Shown here: positions 1 through 7,637 of the stretch, piece by piece
Position numbering within the stretch: the first letter of the stretch is position 1
Layout of the letters: each line of letters begins with the position of its first letter
From: an archaeon
Lineage (GTDB): Archaea > Iainarchaeota > Iainarchaeia > Iainarchaeales > JAAZKV01
Reading direction: 5' to 3'
Assembly: GCA_036170245.1 (NCBI GenBank)
Contig: JAVHOV010000004.1
Location: forward strand, 1 to 23,532
Length of the DNA stretch: 23,532 nt
Made by a program: the position numbers and the translations under genes
Notes under the pieces: model-generated
What the model was told of the DNA's origin: nothing
Databases searched by the model: none
The model's input: the letters and a program-made list of their open reading frames with translations, nothing else

Positions 1-411
1 AAGAAAAAAACCAACTACCTGCTTGTAATGTATGGAACTACAATAGGAGTTAGTTTATTGTTCCTTTTTGTGATATTTCCAATGCTAGTAACAAGTATTC
101 CTGCGAGCATAGATACCCAAACTACCCAAAATCTATCAGCAGGAACTAGCAATGGAACAAATACTGCACTAACTACAACAAACACAACCCCCCTAACACA
201 AAATGGAACGCTAAAATTAGAAGTACAAATACCTTGTGCAGGCCACTCTCCATTAATTATTTCAGAACTAAAAAAACTACCAGGAGTAACTGGCGCAAAA
301 ATGCTCAATTGGAACACTTTCCAAGTAACTTTTGATACAACAAAAACAAGTAAAGAGAGAATACTTGCTGCAGAGATATTCAAAAGCTACCCTGCGAAGG
401 TTATAAATTGA
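1..411 (+). CDS. Membrane-anchored heavy-metal-associated (HMA)-like domain protein, 5'-partial
   Basis: Frame is open from position 1 (KKKTNYLLVMYG...), so the gene starts before the window. TM segment (GVSLLFLFVIFP), Thr/Asn-rich linker, then an HMA-like domain LKLEVQIPCAGHSPLIISELKKLPGV...FQVTFD with CxxH in place of CxxC. Lies directly upstream of copA. Confidence 0.7.
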   Translation, partial: KKKTNYLLVMYGTTIGVSLLFLFVIFPMLVTSIPASIDTQTTQNLSAGTSNGTNTALTTTNTTPLTQNGTLKLEVQIPCAGHSPLIISELKKLPGVTGAKMLNWNTFQVTFDTTKTSKERILAAEIFKSYPAKVIN

Positions 412-476
412 AGCAAACAATACACTAAATAGCTATATTTGAATAAAATTAAAAAAAATGGAAATGTGATTGAAAA

Positions 477-2666
477 ATGGGAAAAGAAACAATTTTGCTT
501 TCAGGCCTCCACTGCGCAAATTGCGCACAGACAATAAGCAAAAAACTTGCTAAAACAAATGGAATAACTCAGGCGAATGTAAATTTCTCATCATCAAAAG
601 CATTTATTGAATACGACGAAAGTAAAATAAAAAGCGAAGAAATAATAAAAACAATAACTGATTTAGGATATGGGGCATTTTTACCAAAGAAAAATGAAAA
701 TACAGAAAAGGAATTATATGAAAAAGAACTCAAGCACCTAAAAAACACTTTAATTTTCAGTTTAATTCTCTCAATCCCTACTTTTGTAATAAGCATGAGC
801 ATAATGACATTTAACATTATGATTCCTTTTGTTGGAATTTTACTTTTAATCCTTGCTACGCCAGTTCAATTTATTGCAGGAAGACAATTTTATGTTGGAG
901 CATATTACGCAATAAGAAACAAAACTGCAAACATGGATTCTTTAGTAGTACTTGGAACAAGCGCAGCATACTTTTTTAGTGTATACTCAATATTCTTTGG
1001 AGGCGAACAATACTTTGAAGCATCAACAATAATTATTACGTTGGTTTTGCTTGGAAAATATCTTGAAGCAAAAGCAAAAAACAAAACAAGCGAAGCAATC
1101 AAAGCACTTATACAATTAAGCCCAAAAATTGCAACAATTTTGATTAACGGAAAAGAAGTTGAAATGAATGTTGATGAAATAAAAGTTGGCTACAAAATAA
1201 TTGTAAAACCTGGAGAAAAGATTCCAGTTGATGGAAAGATAATTTCTGGAAGCAGCTTTGTTGATGAAAGCATGATAACTGGAGAAAGCATGCCCTCTGA
1301 AAAAAAAATAAACTCAAATGTAATAGGAGGAACAATAAACAAACAAGGAAGCTTTGTTTTTATTGCAACAAAAGTTGGAGAAAACACTACTCTTGCAGGA
1401 ATAATAAAACTTATTGAAGAATCCCAAGGAAAAAAAGCACAAATACAGAGATTTGCTGATGTTGTATCAGCATACTTTGTCCCAACAGTACTAATAATTG
1501 CAACCGGGACTTTTATTTACTGGTTCTTTATAGGAGGCCAAACATTTTCCTTTGCCTTAATGACTTCTGTTTCAGTTTTAGTAATTGCATGCCCTTGCGC
1601 TTTGGGACTTGCTACCCCCACTGCAATAATGGTGGGAACAGGAATGGGCGCAAAATATGGAATACTAATCAAAGGCGCAGATTCCTTAGAAACTGCCCAC
1701 AAAACAAATTTTGTAATATTTGATAAAACTGGAACCATCACAAATGGAAACCCAAACGTTACAGATATAGTTCCTTTAAGAATAACCAAAAAAGAATTGC
1801 TTGCAATTGCTGCAAGCATTGAACAAAAATCAGAACACCCTCTTGGAGAAGCAATTGTAAATAAATCAAAAGAACTAAAAATCAAACTTAAAAAAACAAC
1901 TAAATTTGAAGCAATTCCAGGAAGAGGAATAAAAGCAAACCTTGGAAAAAACAAATATTTTATAGGAAATTTTGGACTTATAAAAGGACAAAAAATAAAT
2001 TTAGATGATCAAACTGAAAACAGTGTAAGAGAGCTTGAAGAAAAAGGAAAAACTGTAGTGTGCGTTTCAAAAGAAAAAAAGCTGCTAGGATTACTTGCAA
2101 TAGCTGATACAATAAAAGAAACTTCAAAACACGCTGTTGAAGAACTAACAAAAATGAGAATAGAAACTTACATGATTACAGGGGACAACGAAAGAACCGC
2201 CAAAGCAATTGCAAAGCAGGCAGGAATCAAGGAACAAAACGTGTATTTTGAAGTAATGCCAAGCGAAAAAGCAGAGAAGGTCAAAGAACTGCAGAAAAAT
2301 AATAAAGTAGTTATGATGATTGGAGACGGAATAAATGATGCACCTGCACTCGCACAAGCAGATATTGGAATAGCAATGGGAAGCGGAACAGATGTGGCAA
2401 TGGAAACAGGAAACATTGTTCTAATGAGAAATGATTTGAATGATGTTGCCAGAGCAATTAAACTAAGCAAGGCAACCATGAATAAAATAAAGCAGAACAT
2501 GTTCTGGGCGCTATTCTATAATGTTATTGGAATACCAATTGCAGCAGGAGTGCTTTATTTTTCAATGGGAATAACTCTCTCCCCAATAATTGCAGGAGGG
2601 GCAATGGCATTGAGTTCGGTTTCAGTAGTTACTAATTCATTACTATTGAAAAGAAAGAAAATTTAA
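477..2666 (+). CDS. copA: Cu(I)-translocating P1B-1 type ATPase
   Basis: N-terminal metal-binding domain GLHCANC, TGES actuator motif, CPC, DKTGT phosphorylation site, SEHP, GDGIND, and YN plus MALSSVSV metal-specificity motifs. Confidence 0.95.
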   Translation: MGKETILLSGLHCANCAQTISKKLAKTNGITQANVNFSSSKAFIEYDESKIKSEEIIKTITDLGYGAFLPKKNENTEKELYEKELKHLKNTLIFSLILSIPTFVISMSIMTFNIMIPFVGILLLILATPVQFIAGRQFYVGAYYAIRNKTANMDSLVVLGTSAAYFFSVYSIFFGGEQYFEASTIIITLVLLGKYLEAKAKNKTSEAIKALIQLSPKIATILINGKEVEMNVDEIKVGYKIIVKPGEKIPVDGKIISGSSFVDESMITGESMPSEKKINSNVIGGTINKQGSFVFIATKVGENTTLAGIIKLIEESQGKKAQIQRFADVVSAYFVPTVLIIATGTFIYWFFIGGQTFSFALMTSVSVLVIACPCALGLATPTAIMVGTGMGAKYGILIKGADSLETAHKTNFVIFDKTGTITNGNPNVTDIVPLRITKKELLAIAASIEQKSEHPLGEAIVNKSKELKIKLKKTTKFEAIPGRGIKANLGKNKYFIGNFGLIKGQKINLDDQTENSVRELEEKGKTVVCVSKEKKLLGLLAIADTIKETSKHAVEELTKMRIETYMITGDNERTAKAIAKQAGIKEQNVYFEVMPSEKAEKVKELQKNNKVVMMIGDGINDAPALAQADIGIAMGSGTDVAMETGNIVLMRNDLNDVARAIKLSKATMNKIKQNMFWALFYNVIGIPIAAGVLYFSMGITLSPIIAGGAMALSSVSVVTNSLLLKRKKI

Positions 2667-2686
2667 CTAAACTAAATAAAATTAAT

Positions 2687-3535
2687 TCAAAATATTAAAG
2701 GGGCAAATACTTTTTCATTCATTAATTCTGAATCTATTTTAGCTTCTTTAATTGTTTTAGCACAGGAGAAACAAGCCCTTACTCCGCCTTCAATAATATA
2801 TTTCTTTGCAAGAGAGACTGGAATGCACTTCACTTCAATTAAAGCATTGTATTTCTCAAGCTCCTTAAAATCAAATTTCAATTCATCATCTGAAACCAAA
2901 ATAACTGACGCTCCGCATTTCATTAAGTTTTTTGCAAGCAAAATCAAATCATTTCTGTTAGTTTTGCTATTGCAAATAATTGCAGCTTTACCCTGCACAC
3001 TTACAGGCATTCCCCCAGCGGCAATAGTGGGATCAAAATAAACAAACGCATGATCTTTCACAACTATACAGAATAATTCTTTTTCTGGATCCTTTAACTT
3101 TACTTTAAGCAAAGGGTATTTTTCAGTAACACTATCCCCCAAAGCAATTTCAAGACTCTTAGAAGAAAATGATTTTGAAAAACTTTTCCCCCTAACTGCA
3201 AAAGTTTCATCCTTAAATTTTCCCTCGCACAAAGGAACAACTTTTTTTGCTAAATCTTCAAGAGTTGAAAATGAAAAAACTTCTGATAAAAACAAAGAGT
3301 GAATTCCAAAACAAGTTTTAAGCGCTTCAAGAACTTTCTTTGGCTCTTTTGAAGGAATAATCAATCTCCCTGATGTGTAAGAAATATTTTCAGTTTTTAA
3401 GTTTTCATGAGCCAAATAAAAAGAAATGTTTCGCTTAAGTCTTGCAACCATAAAAGAGCGAACTGCAGAACTTTTAATTGAAATCTCAGGAGTAACTAGA
3501 ACTATAACACAATTTGGTTCAAACACAAGAATCAC
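2687..3535 (-). CDS. ThiI-like NFLD+THUMP domain protein with degenerate PP-loop domain
   Basis: ThiI-like N-terminus (PEISIKS, GRL, FGIHS), THUMP features (TFAVR, VKLKDP), then GGMPVSVQGK, which matches ThiI GGLPxGxxGK. The SGGxDS PP-loop that should follow is absent. The GTG start overlaps the upstream TGA (GTGA). Confidence 0.75.
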   Translation of the reverse strand: MILVFEPNCVIVLVTPEISIKSSAVRSFMVARLKRNISFYLAHENLKTENISYTSGRLIIPSKEPKKVLEALKTCFGIHSLFLSEVFSFSTLEDLAKKVVPLCEGKFKDETFAVRGKSFSKSFSSKSLEIALGDSVTEKYPLLKVKLKDPEKELFCIVVKDHAFVYFDPTIAAGGMPVSVQGKAAIICNSKTNRNDLILLAKNLMKCGASVILVSDDELKFDFKELEKYNALIEVKCIPVSLAKKYIIEGGVRACFSCAKTIKEAKIDSELMNEKVFAPLIF

Positions 3536-4068
3536 TTCCTTAATCTAAAACGTTTTCTATCAATCTTACGCTTAGCGTTTATTCCAGAAATCATCTCAGT
3601 TGCACTTTTAGAATAACTGTTAGTCGGACCCACTTTTATCCCACGAGAAAGAAGCTGTTTTTTTCGCTCGAAAGAAACAGAAGCAAACGGCTTAATAATA
3701 ACATTTCCAAAACGCTGCTTAATTGCAGAAAGAACTTTTCTTTCAAGTTCAAGTGCAAACCCCTTGCCCTTAAAATCAGAAATCTCTTTTCCTAAATTAA
3801 AAAAAGGATAATTTAATACATGCAAAACAGGCGATTCTTTTGAAAAAGCATGCCCCAAATATTCCATAGTACCTAAACCCTTTCCAATTAAATGAGGGTG
3901 TTTTTCTAAAACAGTTCTTAATCGAGGACTAGAATAAAACAATAAATCGGTAGGAGAACCGCGACTTACAACAACATCAAAGTCAAGAGAACCTAGTGCT
4001 TCTATGCTCTTTGATTCAAATCCTTTTGGAGGAACAAGCTTTAATCCGAGTACTGACAGTTTAGCCAT
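3532..4068 (-). CDS. Basic hypothetical protein (178 aa), possible degenerate GNAT-like motif
   Basis: Start moved from the ORF-track position 4236 to ATG 4068 (MAKLSV) to remove the overlap with the divergent gene. Its stop is coupled to the THUMP gene start. FKGKGFA resembles GNAT motif A. K/R-rich C-terminus. Confidence 0.6.
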   Translation of the reverse strand: MAKLSVLGLKLVPPKGFESKSIEALGSLDFDVVVSRGSPTDLLFYSSPRLRTVLEKHPHLIGKGLGTMEYLGHAFSKESPVLHVLNYPFFNLGKEISDFKGKGFALELERKVLSAIKQRFGNVIIKPFASVSFERKKQLLSRGIKVGPTNSYSKSATEMISGINAKRKIDRKRFRLRK

Positions 4069-4150
4069 ACTTAACTTTTGTTTAGAGGAAAATAAAAATG
4101 TGCCTAAATCAGGCAAGTTTATTAACAAAGAAAAAGCATCAATGATAATT

Positions 4151-5182
4151 ATGAAAGCAAAAAAAGCATTTGACAACAATAAATACTTCAAGGCCCAAAC
4201 TTGTGCAATAATTGAAAGATGTAATAAATTTTCCAAATTATACCTTGAGATAGGAGGAAAACTGCTCTTTGACGGGCATGCATCAAGAGTTCTGCCAGGA
4301 TATAATGGAACAAATAAGATAAAACTGCTAAAAAGACTGAAAAACCAAATTGAAGTGCTCTACTGCATCAGTTCAAAAGAACTTGAAAAAGGAAAAACTT
4401 GGAGTGATACCGGACTAACGCTTGATAAACTTGCAATAAAAGAAACTACTGCACTGAAAAAAGAAGGAATAAAGGTTCTTGGAATAGTTGCAACAAGATG
4501 CAACGGAGGAAAAAAAGTTATTCAACTTAAAAAGAAATTAAAAAAACTGAAAATAAACTTATTTTACACCAAAGAAATCAAGGGATACCCAAATAATCTC
4601 AAACTAGTATTTGGAAAAAACGGATTTGAATTACAGGCCAGAATAAAAACTACAAAAAAAATAATCATTATTACAGGGGCAGGGGCAGGAAGCGGAAAAA
4701 TGTTCACCTGCATGTCGCAGATATATCAAGATTATAAAGAAGGAATAGATTCAGGTTATGCAAAATGGGAAACTTTTCCAATTTGGAATTTGCCTCTCAA
4801 CCACCCAGTAAATATTGCCTACGAAGCTGCTACTGCAGATCTAGGAGACAGAAATTTACTTGATCTGCGCCACAAAAAAGCATATGGAATAAACGCAGTG
4901 AATTACAACAGAGATATTGAAAACTTTGATTTACTGAAAAAAATAATCAACGAATTTGTTCCAAAGAGCAACTATATGCATTCCTATAAATCCCCAACAG
5001 ACATGGGAATCAACCATGCGAAAGAAGGAATTATTGATGACACCTTGGTTCAAGAGGCTTCAAAGCAAGAAATACTCAGAAGATATTATTTTTTTATAAA
5101 AAGAGTAAAAGATGGAGACAACCAAAAAAGAACTATTAAAAGAATGAAAGAACTGCTAAAAAAAGCAAATATAAAACTCTGA
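4151..5182 (+). CDS. DUF1846 (UPF0371) family protein, C-terminally short
   Basis: Family motifs LYLEIGGKLLFDGHASRVLPG, GAGSGK (P-loop-like), GYAKWETFPIWNLPLNHPVNIAYEAATADL, NYNRD and YKSPTDMGIN. Start is ATG 4142 or 4151. Confidence 0.85.
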   Translation: MKAKKAFDNNKYFKAQTCAIIERCNKFSKLYLEIGGKLLFDGHASRVLPGYNGTNKIKLLKRLKNQIEVLYCISSKELEKGKTWSDTGLTLDKLAIKETTALKKEGIKVLGIVATRCNGGKKVIQLKKKLKKLKINLFYTKEIKGYPNNLKLVFGKNGFELQARIKTTKKIIIITGAGAGSGKMFTCMSQIYQDYKEGIDSGYAKWETFPIWNLPLNHPVNIAYEAATADLGDRNLLDLRHKKAYGINAVNYNRDIENFDLLKKIINEFVPKSNYMHSYKSPTDMGINHAKEGIIDDTLVQEASKQEILRRYYFFIKRVKDGDNQKRTIKRMKELLKKANIKL

Positions 5183-5189
5183 AAAAAAT

Positions 5190-6941
5190 TTATTCTTTCA
5201 TGATCATTTCGAGCAATGCTTTGGCAGCTGATTCTGGACCAGTTCCTTCCATCCCTTTTACTCCAAGCATTGTCCTTATTTGCCCAACTTTTATTTTATT
5301 CTCAAACAAAGCTAAAAAATATTTGTCAGCCAATTTATCATGCAATTCTTTGTATTGGATTGGCCCAAAAACATTTACAAAATAAGTCTCTGTAATTCCC
5401 GTTGAAGTAGTTGTGCCTTTACTCATGCTCCTTCCTCTTCTAAAAGTACAAATTGCGTCTGTATCTGTTTTAAATAATTCAAGAACTGGATGAGACTTGT
5501 CAACTTGCTCATAATTATTTGCATACAAAAAATAATCAACTTCTTGTCCTTTTAGAACCTCACCCATAGTAGTTATTGGCAAAACTACTCTTGCATTCTT
5601 TTTTTGAGGACTCATTATAATAGAACGGTCAATATTACCAAAAGCATATCCTGGATTTAAGTCATCAAGCCTGACAAACGCCCCCATTTCGGTACCGTAC
5701 GCTTTAATTTTTCCTTTTTCAATATTAAGTGAACTCATATCATCAAAAATAATTGTCATTTCCTTAATGTAATTCTCCCCTAACTTTCTAAAAGCTTCAA
5801 GTGATTCAGATTTACCTGCGCCAGTGTCCCCCATTATTACAATATTTGCAGATTTATTATTTTTCAAATCAATCTTCACCATCGCCCCATGAACTGGAAG
5901 CCTTCCCCTTTTCATCATTATAATATTGTGCAAAGTTAACATCATTTTTTTCAAATAACCAAAATAACCAAATTCATCACCGTCAGGAATTGAACCGACA
6001 AGAAGATTATTTTTTTCATCTTCAAAGAAAACAGTTGGCGCTGAATCAATACTCTTTGCAACACAATCAGGCACCCCAAACAAAAACACTGCATCAGGCT
6101 TTCGCTTTAACTGCTCCCCAGTTGCAAGATCAAATAAATTTGATAACGCAGTCCCAAGGCCAATAAATTTATTATTGAAAAAAACATGAATAATTAATTC
6201 TCCAACCTGAGCAGGATAACAAAGCCATTCATGCTCTTTTAGAGATTCAACAAAATCAAGAGGGTTTTTTTCTATTTTCTTAAATTCCCCATTACGAGTA
6301 TTATTAGGAGGATCAATAATCAAAGGAGGCTCTATTAACACCTGCTTAATGTAATTAACTTCTTCCAATTTTGTATAAGGATATGGAAGATTCAATTGCT
6401 CTTCAACAACAATCAAACCAACTTGAGCTCCAGCAGGAACCTGGCGATAAATCCGTGGATGCTCATTAGTAATATTTTCGCAAAGATCTCTGTAAAGCTT
6501 TCTTGTTAAATTATTTAAACTCTCAACAGTATCATTGAAAGTAGAATAAGGCCTTTCATGGTGACGAAACAAAAGCAAATCATCAGAGTAACAAATAAAA
6601 AATCTTTCATGAGTTCTCCAGAAATTATAAAAAGATTCAACAAATAAATTCAAAGTATAAAGATCCTTAAAATAATCTTCAAGTTTGGGATATTTTTGAA
6701 CAACAAACTTTTTTTGATACCTGGCTAATTGCTGAATCAAAAACAATAATTGCTCTTCATTCACATTATTAGGAAAAACTTTCAACAAAGAAGATTCTTT
6801 TTTTTCCAATTGAACAATGTATCTGTGAAACATTTCCTTAAACAGAGTAGAATAAGTTAAATCATCAGAATAAGCAGGCACTTTACCGTCGCTATAGATA
6901 ATCATCTGCTTGCCAAAAATACCGAATTTGTCATTACTCAT
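5190..6941 (-). CDS. Atypical phosphoenolpyruvate carboxykinase-like P-loop protein
   Basis: FGYLKK, LPVHGA, Walker A GDTGAGKSE, IFDD metal-binding pair, GTE.GAF and NAR motifs parallel the ATP-PEPCK active-site elements. I recognise it as the ~580-aa type annotated in anaerobic bacteria. Confidence 0.75.
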   Translation of the reverse strand: MSNDKFGIFGKQMIIYSDGKVPAYSDDLTYSTLFKEMFHRYIVQLEKKESSLLKVFPNNVNEEQLLFLIQQLARYQKKFVVQKYPKLEDYFKDLYTLNLFVESFYNFWRTHERFFICYSDDLLLFRHHERPYSTFNDTVESLNNLTRKLYRDLCENITNEHPRIYRQVPAGAQVGLIVVEEQLNLPYPYTKLEEVNYIKQVLIEPPLIIDPPNNTRNGEFKKIEKNPLDFVESLKEHEWLCYPAQVGELIIHVFFNNKFIGLGTALSNLFDLATGEQLKRKPDAVFLFGVPDCVAKSIDSAPTVFFEDEKNNLLVGSIPDGDEFGYFGYLKKMMLTLHNIIMMKRGRLPVHGAMVKIDLKNNKSANIVIMGDTGAGKSESLEAFRKLGENYIKEMTIIFDDMSSLNIEKGKIKAYGTEMGAFVRLDDLNPGYAFGNIDRSIIMSPQKKNARVVLPITTMGEVLKGQEVDYFLYANNYEQVDKSHPVLELFKTDTDAICTFRRGRSMSKGTTTSTGITETYFVNVFGPIQYKELHDKLADKYFLALFENKIKVGQIRTMLGVKGMEGTGPESAAKALLEMIMKE

Positions 6942-6971
6942 TGTATACTAATACACTTGCTTTGTTACGAG

Positions 6972-6979
6972 TATAAAAA
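6972..6979 (-). promoter_or_regulatory. Putative archaeal TATA box for the PEPCK-like gene
   Basis: Minus strand AAAACCC-TTTTTATA about 31 nt upstream of ATG 6941. The spacing implies a leaderless or short-leader mRNA. Confidence 0.45.
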
Positions 6980-7067
6980 GGGTTTTAGAAAATAAGTGTA
7001 ATAAAATGAGCATCAATTACGAAAAACGAATTTTAATATTTTAAAAAAAGACTTTATAAAAAAATAA

Positions 7068-7222
7068 TGCAGCCGCCGGGAATTGAACCCGGAGCTCAAC
7101 CTAATTCCAAACAAAACACACTTTAAGTTTGGTCGAGCAACTTTGTTGCGAAGACCATACCCAGATGCGAACTGGCTGGGCAGTTCTGGGAAGGTTGCAT
7201 GATACCACTTCACTACGGCTGC
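7068..7222 (-). tRNA. tRNA-Gly(CCC) with 84-nt intron at position 37/38
   Basis: Minus strand GCAGCCG TA GTGA AGTGGTA TCAT G CAACC TT CCC A [intron 7186-7103] A GGTTG AGCT CCGGG TTCAATT CCCGG CGGCTGC A. Spliced length is 71 nt, discriminator A73, no encoded CCA. Confidence 0.92.
7103..7186 (-). other. tRNA intron with bulge-helix-bulge splice motif
   Basis: Exon TTCC (32-35) pairs with intron GGAA, flanked by 3-nt bulges CA^G and TT^A. The outer intron helix is short (2 bp), so this may be a relaxed BHB. Confidence 0.85.
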
Positions 7223-7318
7223 AATCTAACTATCAAGAACTTCAATTCTTTTTTTAAATTCACTCAATTCAGCAGTTTTTTAAATAAAACGATAGAAAAT
7301 TTGTTTAGTGATAAAATA

Positions 7319-7569
7319 GGCAGAAAGCGTTTTCTGCCCATTGCGAAGCACATGGGCAAAAATTCTTCAATGTAAAAGCAGTGCTTTTACGATGCGCCAC
7401 AAAACCAAGTGGTTTTGTTTGGTCGCGCACCTTAACAAGGTGCAAGGCTATCAAAGATAGCCAATTTTTTAGTGCACGTTTAATTGTCGCACAATTAAAA
7501 GTGCAAGGGCTACCAAAGGTACCCAAAAGTTTAATGCATGTTTAATTGCATCAGGCAATTAAAAATGCA
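7319..7569 (+). repeat. Array of nine stem-loops including two ~62-bp degenerate tandem units
   Basis: Inverted repeats at 7319-7338, 7335-7358, 7372-7390, 7399-7418, 7427-7443, 7446-7462, 7473-7505, 7507-7524 and 7535-7569. Tandem units at 7441-7501 and 7502-7565. Confidence 0.85.
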
Positions 7570-7637
7570 GGGCTAGCAAAGCGGTTATGCATTCCCCTGC
7601 AGAGGGAATTAGAGGGGTTCAACTCCCTTGCCCTGCT
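7567..7637 (+). tRNA. tRNA-Cys(GCA)
   Basis: GCAGGGC TA GCA AAGCGGTTA TGC A TTCCC CT GCA GA GGGAA TTAG AGGGG TTCAACT CCCTT GCCCTGC T. Discriminator U73, G37, 71 nt, no encoded CCA. Confidence 0.95.

Noticed and set aside
4004..4236. Long head-to-head overlap of two genes
   Set aside because: Artefact of longest-ORF start calls. ATG 4068 (-) and ATG 4142/4151 (+) give a normal divergent gap.
7103..7186. C/D-box guide RNA in the intron, as in euryarchaeal tRNA-Trp
   Set aside because: No RUGAUGA or CUGA boxes on the transcribed strand. The anticodon reads CCC (Gly), not CCA.
7013..7526. ORFs 7013-7213 and 7305-7526
   Set aside because: They overlap the tRNA-Gly gene and the hairpin array, have atypical composition and show no recognisable motifs.
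7300..7566. RNase P RNA or SRP RNA
   Set aside because: I could not find the GAGGAAAGUCC-type P4 sequence or the SRP helix-8 motif on either strand. The structure is a chain of local hairpins. An Rfam scan would settle it.
7441..7583. Mini CRISPR array
   Set aside because: The sequences between the recurring motifs are themselves homologous, the repeats are degenerate, the third copy is the tRNA start, and there are no cas genes in the window.
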